A stretch of DNA of 64,000 bases from Christensenellaceae bacterium (GCA_963665505.1 OY762275.1:1700154-1764153), one strand, 5' to 3'. Counted from the stretch's first letter, positions 9,922 to 19,991 are shown. The notes: generated from the letters alone by a model not told the origin. Made by a program: numbers and translations.

Positions 9922-11697
9922 TCATAATGCCTGAAATTCCTCTAATGCCTGTGCAAACTCCCGCATGCAAACATCCACCGCTTCTTTTACATATATGCCC
10001 GCTTTTTTCAATATAGACAACGGGTAGTCGCTTCCCCCGGCGGAAAGGAACGCCTGGTACTTTTCTTTCATGGCGGGGTCCGTTTCCAGGCCATGTACGA
10101 TCGCCACCGCACAGGAAAACCCCGTGGCATACTTATATACATAAAACGCATTATAAAAATGCGGGATCCTGGCCCACTCGATACGGATCGTATCTTCCGT
10201 GCCCATCGCAGGACCGTGATACAGTTTATTCAGTTGCTCATACGCTTTGGAAAGCGATTCCACCGTCAACGGTTCATCGTTTTCCGCCATCGCATGGGCA
10301 AGCATCTCAAACTCGGCAAACATGGTCTGCCGCAGCACGGTGGAACGGAACTGGTCTATATAATGATTAAGGATATACCTCTTGAGTTTTTTGTCCCGCA
10401 CTGTTTTAAGCAGATATTTTGTGAGCAGGATCTCGTTGACCGTCGAGGCGACTTCCGCCACAAAAATAGCATACCCCGCGGTAGCATAAGGCTGTGTCTT
10501 ATCCGAATAATACGTATGCATCGCATGCCCCAGCTCGTGGGCGATCGTAAACACGCTGTCCAGATCCCCCCGGTGGTTCAAAAGTACATACGGGTGCGTA
10601 CCGTAGACACCCCAGGAATACGCGCCCGAAGTTTTGCCCGCAGTCTCATATACGTCGATCCAGCGGGAAGCGAACGCTTCTTTCAATGTATCGATATACG
10701 AATTCCCCAATAGGGAAAGCCCTGCGAGGACCATTTCCTTTGCCTGTTCGTATGTATACGTCTGTTTGGCTTCGGCGACCAGCGGTGTGTAGATATCGTA
10801 CATCTGCAGGTCGTCGATGCCCAACAATTTGGCACGCAATTCTACATACCGGTGCATCGTCGGCAGATTTTCATGGACCGTGTTTATCAGGCCGGTATAG
10901 ATGTCTTCGGGCACATTGTCCGCAAAGAGCGCTTGTTCCAACGCGCTGCCATACCCCCGCACCTTCGCGTAAAACACATCTTTTTTGACCGAAGTGGCGT
11001 AAGTGGAAGCGATCGTGTTAATATGTTCGGAAAATTCTCCATAATACTGATGAAATACCTCCTTGCGCAAGCCCCTGTCGGGTTCCTGCATCAATTCGAT
11101 ATAGGTGGCATGGCTCAAAGGATAGCTTTTATGGTCGTATTCCACACTGCCGAACCGCAGGTCCGCGTTGTTGAGCATCGTGAAAATATCCTGCGCGCCG
11201 CCTGCAAAATCTCCCGCCATAGAAAGCAGCCGTTCGCTTTTTTCATCCAGCACATGCTTTTTGGAACGCAACAGGTTTTCCAGCATGAACCGGTAATCGG
11301 CAAGTGCCGGAGCGGTCCGCATATAGCCCCGCAGGACTTCTTCGTCCATGGAAAGAAGCAGCGGATCCAAAAAAGAAAGCGCGGCCGAAAGTCTGACAGA
11401 CAGAGCCTGCGCTCTTGCGAACAACGCCTGATAGACGGAGGAGGTATTATCCTCATCCCTTCGCATGCGCGCATATACGTACAATTTTTCCAACACGTGC
11501 GAAGCGTCATGGATCTGTTTCAAACCGCCCGCCTGCGCCTGCGCCGACGTGGTGATCGTCTCTTTCAAGGCGCCCAGGGAAGGGATCTGTTTTTCAAGGA
11601 CAGAAAAATCGGTTTCCCAGGCCGCATTGTCGGGGTATATATCCTCCAGTTGCCAGGTATATTTTTTCTCTATCTCCTGTCTTGTTTTTCCGGCCAT
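9922..11697 (-). CDS. pepF: Oligoendopeptidase F (M3B)
   Basis: TWQLEDIY, GAYSWG, HELGH zinc motif, WARIPHFY. Confidence 0.93.
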   Translation of the reverse strand: MAGKTRQEIEKKYTWQLEDIYPDNAAWETDFSVLEKQIPSLGALKETITTSAQAQAGGLKQIHDASHVLEKLYVYARMRRDEDNTSSVYQALFARAQALSVRLSAALSFLDPLLLSMDEEVLRGYMRTAPALADYRFMLENLLRSKKHVLDEKSERLLSMAGDFAGGAQDIFTMLNNADLRFGSVEYDHKSYPLSHATYIELMQEPDRGLRKEVFHQYYGEFSEHINTIASTYATSVKKDVFYAKVRGYGSALEQALFADNVPEDIYTGLINTVHENLPTMHRYVELRAKLLGIDDLQMYDIYTPLVAEAKQTYTYEQAKEMVLAGLSLLGNSYIDTLKEAFASRWIDVYETAGKTSGAYSWGVYGTHPYVLLNHRGDLDSVFTIAHELGHAMHTYYSDKTQPYATAGYAIFVAEVASTVNEILLTKYLLKTVRDKKLKRYILNHYIDQFRSTVLRQTMFAEFEMLAHAMAENDEPLTVESLSKAYEQLNKLYHGPAMGTEDTIRIEWARIPHFYNAFYVYKYATGFSCAVAIVHGLETDPAMKEKYQAFLSAGGSDYPLSILKKAGIYVKEAVDVCMREFAQALEEFQAL

Positions 11698-11715
11698 GAT
11701 GCTTCCCCTTCGCGC

Positions 11716-12324
11716 TTATTTTTTATGGTTGTCATATGTGAGGCTTTCTCCTACGTCCCGCAGCTTTTTGATGCTGATCTTCACGGGTTCGTAATTTTCA
11801 ATATAATCCAAAGCCTCCTCCGCGTTTGCAAAAACGGAATATAAAATAGAACAGGCTTCCTTTACAAACTTTTCATTCATGGAACGGGCTATGAAATCCA
11901 ACAGCATATCATAATACCCATCGGTATTGAGAAGCACGATGGCTTTATTATGCCGTTCCAGTTGCTTCAGCGTGAGAATTTCAAAAAACTCCTCCAGCGT
12001 GCCAAACCCGCCGGGGCCAACGATAAAAGCATCGGCCGTATCTTCCATGATCCGCTTGCGTTCCCGCATCGTATCCGTAAAAATCAGTTTATTACATTGC
12101 TGGAAAAGCACACCGTCCACATCCAAAAACTTGGGGCTCACTCCAACGATCTCCCCGCCGGCGGAATGTATGCCGCGCGCCGTAGCGCCCATGACGCCCT
12201 GTGCCCCACCGCCAAATACCAGCCCGATATGCCGTCTTGCCATACTTTTGCCCAGTTCAAAAGCCGCATCCGTATATTTTCTGTTTAACTCCGTACTGGA
12301 AGAACCATACACACAAACCTTCAT
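11716..12324 (-). CDS. LOG family nucleotide 5'-monophosphate nucleosidase (TIGR00730-like)
   Basis: VCVYGSSS, LVFGGG, RERK, PGGFGTLEE motifs. Confidence 0.88.
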   Translation of the reverse strand: MKVCVYGSSSTELNRKYTDAAFELGKSMARRHIGLVFGGGAQGVMGATARGIHSAGGEIVGVSPKFLDVDGVLFQQCNKLIFTDTMRERKRIMEDTADAFIVGPGGFGTLEEFFEILTLKQLERHNKAIVLLNTDGYYDMLLDFIARSMNEKFVKEACSILYSVFANAEEALDYIENYEPVKISIKKLRDVGESLTYDNHKK

Positions 12325-12372
12325 AAAAACTCTCCTGTTTCCTAAATAATAACAAGCCACATGCAGCTTGTT

Positions 12373-12846
12373 TCATCCCTTAACTTTGAAAAGCCGGACC
12401 TGTTCGATCCCGAACATCAACAGCAATCCGATGCCATAGCAGGCAAGGATCTCGCCGCCGGCCACACACAGCATACCCAAAAACAGCGGTGTGCCGATCG
12501 CAAAATAGAGCACGATACCAACCACGACCGCATTGACAAGCACCGGAGATAATGGTGCCAAAAATTTGTTCTTGGTTTTGGATGTCAGGTACGCTGCCAA
12601 GAGTGTTGCTAGACTGCCAAAGACAATATCCAGGACGCCGTTTCCGCCCACGATGTTGGCGATCAGGCAGCCCACGAAAAGCCCGGGTATCGCGGATTTC
12701 TCATAGTAGGGCAAAACGCAAAGCGCTTCACTTATCCGCAGTTGGATCATCCCAAAGCTGATCGGCGCCGCAACTAAAGTAAGGGCCGCATACAATGCGG
12801 CAATCAACCCGCCCCGTATTAAAAAATGTACGCGTTCTTTGCTCAT
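12373..12846 (-). CDS. queT: QueT family ECF S-component (queuosine precursor transporter)
   Basis: IAALYAALT, QLRISEAL, GLFVGCLIANI, DIVFGSLATL typical of QueT. Confidence 0.8.
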   Translation of the reverse strand: MSKERVHFLIRGGLIAALYAALTLVAAPISFGMIQLRISEALCVLPYYEKSAIPGLFVGCLIANIVGGNGVLDIVFGSLATLLAAYLTSKTKNKFLAPLSPVLVNAVVVGIVLYFAIGTPLFLGMLCVAGGEILACYGIGLLLMFGIEQVRLFKVKG

Positions 12847-12881
12847 AAAAAACACTCTTTTCTTATGTTTCTGTTGTATTT

Positions 12882-12909
12882 ATTATACACTACAATAATG
12901 AACTTTCAA
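12882..12909 (-). promoter_or_regulatory. SigA-type promoter of queT
   Basis: TTGAAA-16 nt-TATAAT with an extended TG; leader only about 30 nt. Confidence 0.55.
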
Positions 12910-13081
12910 TGAATTTACTTCCGGATTTCTCCAAAAATTCCTGCAATTCTCTATTGTTTTTCCCATCTGCCCGCCGGCGCATGCGGATCGAATAGAGGCA
13001 TTTTCTGCATATAAACGCATAAATATACTTTTTATAAAAAATAAAAACGCACGGGTCGGTGCGTTTTTACCAGGCAAGATT

Positions 13082-13957
13082 TTATTTATAGGACGCCGTC
13101 TCTCCCAGACAATTTTCCAGCGCAGTTGCATATTCAGAAAGACCGGATATTTTTTCCATACCGGCTAAACGTATGAAGCTGCGGTTGATCGTTTCCAATT
13201 CCTTCAGCCGGCGTTCTAATTCCCTGCATTTCGCATATTGCTGCGAAAGTTCTTCGTCCAGTTGCTTTTTGGCAGAAACCAGACGCGATACGTCATTGGA
13301 TAAAAGGATGTTCTGCTCCCGCAGTTTCTTATCGTCTCCTGTTTCTTTGTTGTTCAGGACGGCAAGACTGACGATATCGTTCAGTGCGCATATGACGCTT
13401 TCTCCCCGTTTACCCATGACTGCAATATTGCGCATCAGTTCGGAGATCACTTCGTCAAAGCTCTTACGCTTATATAAACGTTTTTTCAGCACAAAATCGC
13501 CCGGGGACAACTCGCCTTTCTTGATCAGCTTATGTAATATCTCCTGTATGTACTCCGGATTGTTTTTCATGATGCTCCTGTATTTGTTTTGATAGCGCAA
13601 CATAACTTTCTTGTCGCTATCGCCCATTTCAGAAGCGATCCTCCGGACGGATTTCCCTTCCGCCTGCCCAAGCAGCATATGCTCCACCAAGATCTCGACT
13701 TCTTCTTCCCGGAAGGGTACAAACGAAGAGCGTATGTCAGGGTTGATTTCCTTGAGTTTCATATAGTAATAATTCCGTATACTGTTGGGCTTGCGGCCCG
13801 TCAGCGTAGCCATTTTTTCAAATACGCTTTTAACGGGAAGGCCTTGTCTGCTGGCCAGCCGCGCCTCATCGAACAACACATTTGTTTCTTCCTTGCTCCA
13901 GCCCTTCTTCAGCGCTTTGTTTCCCAATACGGTGCTTTTGGTTTGTATCATTGTCAC
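13082..13957 (-). CDS. Putative DNA-binding protein: two Myb/SANT-like repeats plus coiled coil (RsfA-like)
   Basis: GWSKEE...GRKPNSIRNYYY and PFREEE...LRYQNKYR repeats; leucine-heptad C-terminus. Confidence 0.55.
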   Translation of the reverse strand: MTMIQTKSTVLGNKALKKGWSKEETNVLFDEARLASRQGLPVKSVFEKMATLTGRKPNSIRNYYYMKLKEINPDIRSSFVPFREEEVEILVEHMLLGQAEGKSVRRIASEMGDSDKKVMLRYQNKYRSIMKNNPEYIQEILHKLIKKGELSPGDFVLKKRLYKRKSFDEVISELMRNIAVMGKRGESVICALNDIVSLAVLNNKETGDDKKLREQNILLSNDVSRLVSAKKQLDEELSQQYAKCRELERRLKELETINRSFIRLAGMEKISGLSEYATALENCLGETASYK

Positions 13958-14203
13958 TGCATCCTTTCCGTGAACTATATTTTCGTTGTTGTACTTGAAA
14001 ATAGTATTGACATGGTTTTGTAATAATATTCCATAATAAACAAAAAGCAGAAAAAGGCTTTCTGCTTTTGTAAAATTTTTTTCATTTTATAGTATTTTGA
14101 TTTTTTCGGAAATATTATCATTTTCTGCTGTTTTCCGCTCTATTTTTTTATTATTTTTTTGTTTTCCTGCGAATATAATGTTACAGCTATCTATGAGGTG
14201 CCT

Positions 14204-15220
14204 ATGAACGAACTGTGGCTTTTGAAAATAGAATGTCCCGTTTCGGGGATCGTTTCCATCAATGGCGAAATCGCCGGAGAAACCCCCAATACAAGCCTTT
14301 GCCATTATGTCGGCGAAAAAAGAGTCTATCTTTCCTTCGCGCCTGTTTGCGGGGATGACAAACGTCTCTATATCGGGTTTTCCCGTATCATTACATTGTC
14401 TTACGAAACGCCGGCGGTCACGGCGGACGACGGCACGCTTTCCTTGTACATCTTCCCGGGCTCGGTCTGTTTTGTGCGTATCCGCCCGCCTTTTATCCTG
14501 CTGCCTCAGACGCCCTATACACTGGTTTCACTCGATTTTTCCGCCGCAACTACCGTCGGGCACTACCATGCGGAAGTATATTTCGAATTTTCGTTCCAAT
14601 TTGCCCTTTCCGACAGTTCCGGGCGTATCCTGCTGGTCTGTCCACTCCCGGCAGGTCTGAAAAGCGCCCGCCTTTTTACGCATGAAATGAATGCACGGCC
14701 ATATGTTTTCACCGAGACTGTCACAGAAAAAGAAACTCTTCTGCTGGTATGTGTCGATATATCTTCTTCCACTCTAATGTTCATGGAAGAATGCGAAAGC
14801 TACCGCTTTGAAAAAGACACCGTGGAGATCGTATCCGATGTGGGCGACCCATATGGGCATAGACTGTTTTCGCACTGCACCTTTACAGCCGACGGCCTCA
14901 TCTACCGGCATACGTTTAGGCATCACAGCGAATCTTCGCAGGAACCCTCCCCTGCGCTTACTCCCGCCGCGTTTGCGCTGGCAGTAAAATACCAAAATGC
15001 GGAAGTCGCTCTTTCCTATCTTTCTCCTTCTCTCAAAAAAGAAGTTTCCTTCGAAGACCTCCGGGATTTTTTCGGTGAGATCGGGTCTGTCGAAACGGCT
15101 ATGGCCCGTCCGGGAGAATTGGCGCTCGCCGCCCCGGCGGAAAAAAACACCTTTTATGTCCGCCTGTTTTCGATAGAATTCTCCGACAACCAGATCTCCA
15201 ACATTACTGAACAGGAATAA
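14204..15220 (+). CDS. Hypothetical protein
   Basis: 338-aa ORF with GAGGTG RBS; no family recognised. Confidence 0.65.
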   Translation: MNELWLLKIECPVSGIVSINGEIAGETPNTSLCHYVGEKRVYLSFAPVCGDDKRLYIGFSRIITLSYETPAVTADDGTLSLYIFPGSVCFVRIRPPFILLPQTPYTLVSLDFSAATTVGHYHAEVYFEFSFQFALSDSSGRILLVCPLPAGLKSARLFTHEMNARPYVFTETVTEKETLLLVCVDISSSTLMFMEECESYRFEKDTVEIVSDVGDPYGHRLFSHCTFTADGLIYRHTFRHHSESSQEPSPALTPAAFALAVKYQNAEVALSYLSPSLKKEVSFEDLRDFFGEIGSVETAMARPGELALAAPAEKNTFYVRLFSIEFSDNQISNITEQE

Positions 15221-15229
15221 ATCCATCTG

Positions 15230-15258
15230 TTTACACACAGACGACACTGTGTTATATT
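15230..15258 (+). promoter_or_regulatory. SigA-type promoter of argS-serS
   Basis: TTTACA-17 nt-TATATT; the spacer carries an ACACAG/CTGTGT inverted repeat. Confidence 0.5.
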
Positions 15259-15312
15259 TAGTATACAAAAAAACGGTTTTTCACAGTTTATGCATGCGGC
15301 GGTGTACAATAT

Positions 15313-17013
15313 ATGGATTACAAAAAAGAACTTTGTCAACTATTGTCAGAAAAAACAAGCCTGTCCGCGGACGAGATCGAACATCTGCTCGAGACGCCGC
15401 CCGCGCTTGAAATGGGCGATTTTGCTCTGCCCTGTTTTAAATTGGCGCGCATACTGAGAAAAGCGCCGGCCCGGATCGCAGAAAACATTCATGCTTCTCT
15501 AAACGATCTGCCCCATTGGCTGGATAAGGTCCAAATAGCAGGCGGTTACCTGAATTTTTATCTGGACCGCCCGCATTATGCAAAAGATATGCTCTCCTCC
15601 GTTGCCGCTGCCGGCGAACGGTACGGCGCTTCCCAGGAAGGGGCGGGGAGAAACATTGTCATAGACTATTCTTCCATCAATATAGCCAAGCCTTTCCATA
15701 TCGGGCACCTTTCCACGACCGTCATCGGAAATTCCCTGTACAAGATTTTCAATTTCCTGGGGTACCATTCTGTCGGGATCAACCATTTGGGCGACTGGGG
15801 TACGCAGTTCGGCAAACTGATCGTCGCCTATAAGCATTGGGGAAAGCATGACACCGTGGAAAAAGGGTCCATACATGCCATGCTGGACCTGTATGTAAAG
15901 TTTCACCATGCCGCTAAAGAAGACGTTTCTTTAGATGAGGAAGCCCGCGCCTGGTTTAAAAAGATAGAGGACGGCGACCCGGAAGCACTTTCCCTGTTTG
16001 CCTGGTTCAAAGAACTGACGCTCAAAAAAGTCTCCCGGATATACGATCTTCTGGATGTCAAATTCGATTCCTATGCCGGCGAAAGCTTTTATAACGATAA
16101 GATGCAGCCCGTCATAGAAGAATTGGAAGCAAAACACCTCCTGGAAGAGAGCAACGGCGCAAAGGTCGTCCGGCTGGACGAATACGATCTGCCTCCCTGC
16201 CTGATCCTGAAGTCCGACGGCGCCACGCTTTATGCCACACGGGATCTGGCGGCTGCCTTCTACCGCAAAAAAACATACGATTTTTATAAGTGCCTGTATG
16301 TGGTCGCTTACCAGCAAAATCTGCATTTCCGCCAGCTTTTCAAGGTGATCGAACGGATGGGCTATCCCTGGGCAAAGGATATGGAGCATGTGGCTTTCGG
16401 AATGGTCTCTATGGCGGACGGTACGATCTCCACCCGGGAAGGCCGCGTTATTTTCCTGGAAGATGTCATCCAGGCCGCCATCGAAAAGACGCACCGCCTG
16501 ATTGAGGAGAAAAACCCCGATTTGGCAAACAAAGAAGAGACTGCCCGCGATATCGGCGTGGGTGCGCTCGTATATAAAACGCTCTCGGCAAATAGGATAA
16601 AGGATATCGTGTTCGATTTGGACAGGATCCTTAATTTCGATGGAGAGACCGGGCCCTATATGCAGTATACGCATGCGCGTGCACTTTCCCTGTTACGCAG
16701 GGGCGGCGAAGAAGCGCTTAAGGAAGAACCCGATTATACCGCACTCTCTTCTCCGCAGGCTTTTTCGGTGGTACGGCTCATCGCCGGCTTCCCCGAAGCG
16801 ATCCAAAAAGCGGCGGAGAAATATGAGCCTTATTTGATAACCAGACATATTACCGAACTCGCACAGGCATTCAATAAATTTTATTATGATATCCGTATCA
16901 TAGATGAAAACGCCTCTGCGACCGCGGCGCGTCTTTCCCTCGCAAAAGCGACGGCGACCGTCATCAAAATCGGCCTCGCGCTTCTAGGGATCCGCGCGCC
17001 CGAGCGTATGTAG
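15313..17013 (+). CDS. argS: Arginine--tRNA ligase
   Basis: SSINIAKPFHIGH, GDWGTQFG, FDGETGPY, C-terminal APERM. Confidence 0.97.
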   Translation: MDYKKELCQLLSEKTSLSADEIEHLLETPPALEMGDFALPCFKLARILRKAPARIAENIHASLNDLPHWLDKVQIAGGYLNFYLDRPHYAKDMLSSVAAAGERYGASQEGAGRNIVIDYSSINIAKPFHIGHLSTTVIGNSLYKIFNFLGYHSVGINHLGDWGTQFGKLIVAYKHWGKHDTVEKGSIHAMLDLYVKFHHAAKEDVSLDEEARAWFKKIEDGDPEALSLFAWFKELTLKKVSRIYDLLDVKFDSYAGESFYNDKMQPVIEELEAKHLLEESNGAKVVRLDEYDLPPCLILKSDGATLYATRDLAAAFYRKKTYDFYKCLYVVAYQQNLHFRQLFKVIERMGYPWAKDMEHVAFGMVSMADGTISTREGRVIFLEDVIQAAIEKTHRLIEEKNPDLANKEETARDIGVGALVYKTLSANRIKDIVFDLDRILNFDGETGPYMQYTHARALSLLRRGGEEALKEEPDYTALSSPQAFSVVRLIAGFPEAIQKAAEKYEPYLITRHITELAQAFNKFYYDIRIIDENASATAARLSLAKATATVIKIGLALLGIRAPERM

Positions 17014-17052
17014 ATATACAAAAATTATTTCTGTCGAAAGGATGTTGTTTCT

Positions 17053-18321
17053 ATGCTGGATCTAAAGCGAATCCGGGAAAACCCCGAAGAAATTGCGCAA
17101 CGTATCGGAAGAAGAGGACAAATATTTGATTTTACTTCCCTTTTGGAAAAAGACGCCCAAAAGCGGAGCCTTATATCTGTGTCCGAATCCCTGAAAGCAA
17201 GAAGAAACAGCGTTTCCAAGCAGATCCCCCTCCTCAAAAAAAAGGGACAGGATCCCGCGCCTTTATTTATGGAAATGAAGCAGGTCGGACAGCAGATCAA
17301 AGAATTGGATATGCAAATCGCAGAGCTGGACAACGCCATACGGGAAGACCTGCTCAACATTCCCAATATCCCGGACGCATCGGTGCCCGATGGCCTGAGC
17401 GACGCGGACAATGTGGAAGTCCGCCGGTTTATGGAACCTTCCACCTTTTCGTTTGCTCCTAAAGCGCATTGGGCTATTGGGGAGGACTTGCACATATTGG
17501 ATTTTGAAGCCGCCGCCGCGGTCGCCGGCGCACGCTTTGTTTTTTATCGCGGTCTCGGGTCCCGTCTGGAACGCAGCGTATTCAATTTCATGTTGGACAC
17601 CCATACAAAAAACGGAAAATATACGGAGATATTTCCGCCCTTCATCGTACATGAACGCGCGTTGTTTGGGACAGGCCAGTTCCCCAAATTCATCGGTGAT
17701 TCCTTCAAGTTGGAAGGCAAAGAATATTACCTGATCCCTACGGCCGAAGTGCCCGTGATCAATATGTACAGGGAACGGATCCTGAACGGAGCGGATCTGC
17801 CCATCTGCCATGCGGCCTACAGCGCCTGTTTCCGGAGCGAGGCAGGCAGCGCCGGGCGCGATACCCGGGGCATCATCCGCCTGCATCAATTTAATAAAGT
17901 GGAGTTGGTAAAGTTCGTCCGGCCCGAGTCTTCCTACGATGCATTGGAGGCCCTTACAAACGACGCGGAAAAAATACTCCGGCTGCTGAAGTTGCCCTAT
18001 CACGTTATGGCGCTTTCGACCGGAGACCTTGGGTTCACGTCCGCAAAAACATACGATCTGGAAGTCTGGATGCCCAGTTACAACAGATATGTTGAAATAT
18101 CTTCCTGCAGCAACTGCGAAGATTTCCAGGCCCGCCGCGCCAATATCCGCTTCAAGGACGATGTCAAAGACAAAGCCGAGTTCGTCCATACACTGAACGG
18201 CAGCGGCCTGGCGGTAGGGCGGACGGTCGCCGCCATATTGGAGAATTACCAGCAGGCAGACGGTTCCGTACGGGTACCGGAAGTGCTCATCCCCTACATG
18301 GGCACGGATATCATCCGGTAA
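17053..18321 (+). CDS. serS: Serine--tRNA ligase
   Basis: [48 protein letters not shown]. Confidence 0.97.
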   Translation: MLDLKRIRENPEEIAQRIGRRGQIFDFTSLLEKDAQKRSLISVSESLKARRNSVSKQIPLLKKKGQDPAPLFMEMKQVGQQIKELDMQIAELDNAIREDLLNIPNIPDASVPDGLSDADNVEVRRFMEPSTFSFAPKAHWAIGEDLHILDFEAAAAVAGARFVFYRGLGSRLERSVFNFMLDTHTKNGKYTEIFPPFIVHERALFGTGQFPKFIGDSFKLEGKEYYLIPTAEVPVINMYRERILNGADLPICHAAYSACFRSEAGSAGRDTRGIIRLHQFNKVELVKFVRPESSYDALEALTNDAEKILRLLKLPYHVMALSTGDLGFTSAKTYDLEVWMPSYNRYVEISSCSNCEDFQARRANIRFKDDVKDKAEFVHTLNGSGLAVGRTVAAILENYQQADGSVRVPEVLIPYMGTDIIR

Positions 18322-18381
18322 CGGAATATAAAGCAAACACAAACCGTATAGAAAAAAAACAACATAAAGCGGATGTCCCCC

Positions 18382-18561
18382 TCATTTCTTGTGGGCGTCC
18401 GCTCTTTTCATTTCCTTTGTTTTTCCTTTTGCGATTTTTAAAACCATATCTTCCGAAGAACTATATGCTTCCTCCGCCTGACATTGGGCATTCCGCAGGA
18501 TCTCGATCGCCCTGCTCACTTCATTGAACAGAGTAAAATACATTTTTTTGTAGTCGGCCAT
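18382..18561 (-). CDS. Small hypothetical protein (59 aa), MADYKKMYFTLFNEVSRAIEILRNAQCQAEEAY
   Basis: Manual translation; GGAG RBS and TTGATG-17-TATAAT promoter; below the ORF-track cutoff. Confidence 0.7.
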   Translation of the reverse strand: MADYKKMYFTLFNEVSRAIEILRNAQCQAEEAYSSSEDMVLKIAKGKTKEMKRADAHKK

Positions 18562-18591
18562 TTACATACTCCAAACACTGTCTTTTCATCC

Positions 18592-18643
18592 ATAATTGCA
18601 CTTACATAAGTGCAATTATACTGGAAAAAACTGATAACATCAA
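18592..18643 (-). promoter_or_regulatory. Perfect palindrome (putative XRE operator) overlapping a SigA-type promoter
   Basis: ATAATTGCACTTA-CA-TAAGTGCAATTAT at 18592-18619; TTGATG (18643-18638)-17-TATAAT (18620-18615) on the minus strand. Confidence 0.65.
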
Positions 18644-18670
18644 TCATAATCTGATAAAAAAGGTGCTTTT

Positions 18671-18895
18671 GTGACATTTACATACGATAAAGAGATTGGC
18701 CTTAGGATAAAAGCCTTTCGGATACAGCAGGGGCTTTCGCAAAAACAATTGGCCGCCAGGCTGCAAACATTTGGGTGCGACCTTACAAGGAGCAGCATAG
18801 CAAAAATCGAAGTGGGGCAAAGACATATTTATTCTCTTGAAATCAAAGCATTTAAAATAATTTTAAATGTTTCTTATGAGGATCTGTTCGCATAG
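18671..18895 (+). CDS. XRE family HTH transcriptional regulator
   Basis: IGLRIKAFRIQQGLSQKQLA...RSSIAKIEVGQR HTH_3 pattern; 74 aa. Confidence 0.85.
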   Translation: MTFTYDKEIGLRIKAFRIQQGLSQKQLAARLQTFGCDLTRSSIAKIEVGQRHIYSLEIKAFKIILNVSYEDLFA

Positions 18896-19057
18896 CTTCG
18901 CTATGTTTTGCTTTCCCATAAAAATATTCCCCCTCGCATTCTTCAGCGTTACGGTCCGTAGCGCCACGATGGGTATCCTTGTCTGTTCTAAAAAATAGGT
19001 ACCTTCAATGCGGTAGAGCGGTTCTTGCCAGATTTTAGACGGCCATATAGACCCACT

Positions 19058-19103
19058 TGAAAATAGAAGGGCGGCAGATGTATCTGCCGCCCTTCTATTT
19101 TCA
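19058..19103. terminator. Long perfect hairpin, terminator of uppP (possibly bidirectional)
   Basis: 22-bp perfect arms TGAAAATAGAAGGGCGGCAGAT/ATCTGCCGCCCTTCTATTTTCA. Confidence 0.75.
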
Positions 19104-19109
19104 CTTTTA

Positions 19110-19895
19110 TCAGAAAACAATATGCAGGACGAGCTGGTCCAACAGGACTGCCGCCCCGAGGATGCCCGTATATACCGCAAATCCATAGAGCTTCTTTTTG
19201 CGGATCAGCCGAAGCATAAACCGCACGGCAAAGTACCCCGTTACCGCCGCGGCCAGTGTCCCTATAACAGTGGAAAGGACACTGATGTTTCCCACCCCTT
19301 CTTTGACCATGTCATACCCCTGGAAAACCACAGACCCCAATATCACGGGTATAGACATCAAAAAAGAAAATTTCGCCGCATACGTCCGTTCCAAACCGCT
19401 CAGCAGCCCGGCGGAGAGCGTTGCGCCCGCACGGGAAACACCGGGCAGTATGGCGACCGCCTGCATGCACCCGATCCCCGCCGCCGCAGGGAATGTCATT
19501 TCCATACGTTTGACCCGTTTTCGCGCGACCAGTCTTTCCGAAAGCGTGAGCAACAAACTTGTAAGCAGGAACCCGCATCCGAGGTATTTGCCTTCAAATG
19601 CACCCGTAAAAAAATCATTGAACAGAAGCGCGGCAATGACCGCAGGTACCGTCGCCACCAGCAGCAGCCAGGTAAGCCGCCGGAAAGGATGGGTCAGTAT
19701 ATCCGCTATGTCTTCCCACAATACGACGGCCACGGCGACCAATGTCCCCACATGCAGCATCGTATCAAAAAACAACGGATTTTCTTCTATCCCGAAAATA
19801 TTCTGTATCAGTACAAGATGCCCGCTGCTGGAAACAGGAAGAAATTCTGTCAGGCCCTGCACAAAACCCAATACCAACGCTTCGATTATGTTCAT
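19110..19895 (-). CDS. uppP: Undecaprenyl-diphosphate phosphatase
   Basis: QGLTEFLPVSSSGH and PGVSRAG motifs. Confidence 0.95.
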   Translation of the reverse strand: MNIIEALVLGFVQGLTEFLPVSSSGHLVLIQNIFGIEENPLFFDTMLHVGTLVAVAVVLWEDIADILTHPFRRLTWLLLVATVPAVIAALLFNDFFTGAFEGKYLGCGFLLTSLLLTLSERLVARKRVKRMEMTFPAAAGIGCMQAVAILPGVSRAGATLSAGLLSGLERTYAAKFSFLMSIPVILGSVVFQGYDMVKEGVGNISVLSTVIGTLAAAVTGYFAVRFMLRLIRKKKLYGFAVYTGILGAAVLLDQLVLHIVF

Positions 19896-19991
19896 ATGTC
19901 TCTTCGCCCGTTCCTTACTGTTAAAACTATAGTTTTAAGTTTTTCTATTATACCATAAAGTCCCTCTGTTGCCCATAGCGATCTCTTTCTA

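Noticed and set aside
12847-12881. preQ1 riboswitch before queT
   Set aside because: The leader is about 30 nt, with no preQ1-I stem-loop and A-rich tail pattern
18863-19057. Short minus-strand ORF MGKQNIAKLCEQILIRNI behind a GAGGGG RBS
   Set aside because: Antisense to the XRE gene end, 18 aa, with no promoter or homology evidence
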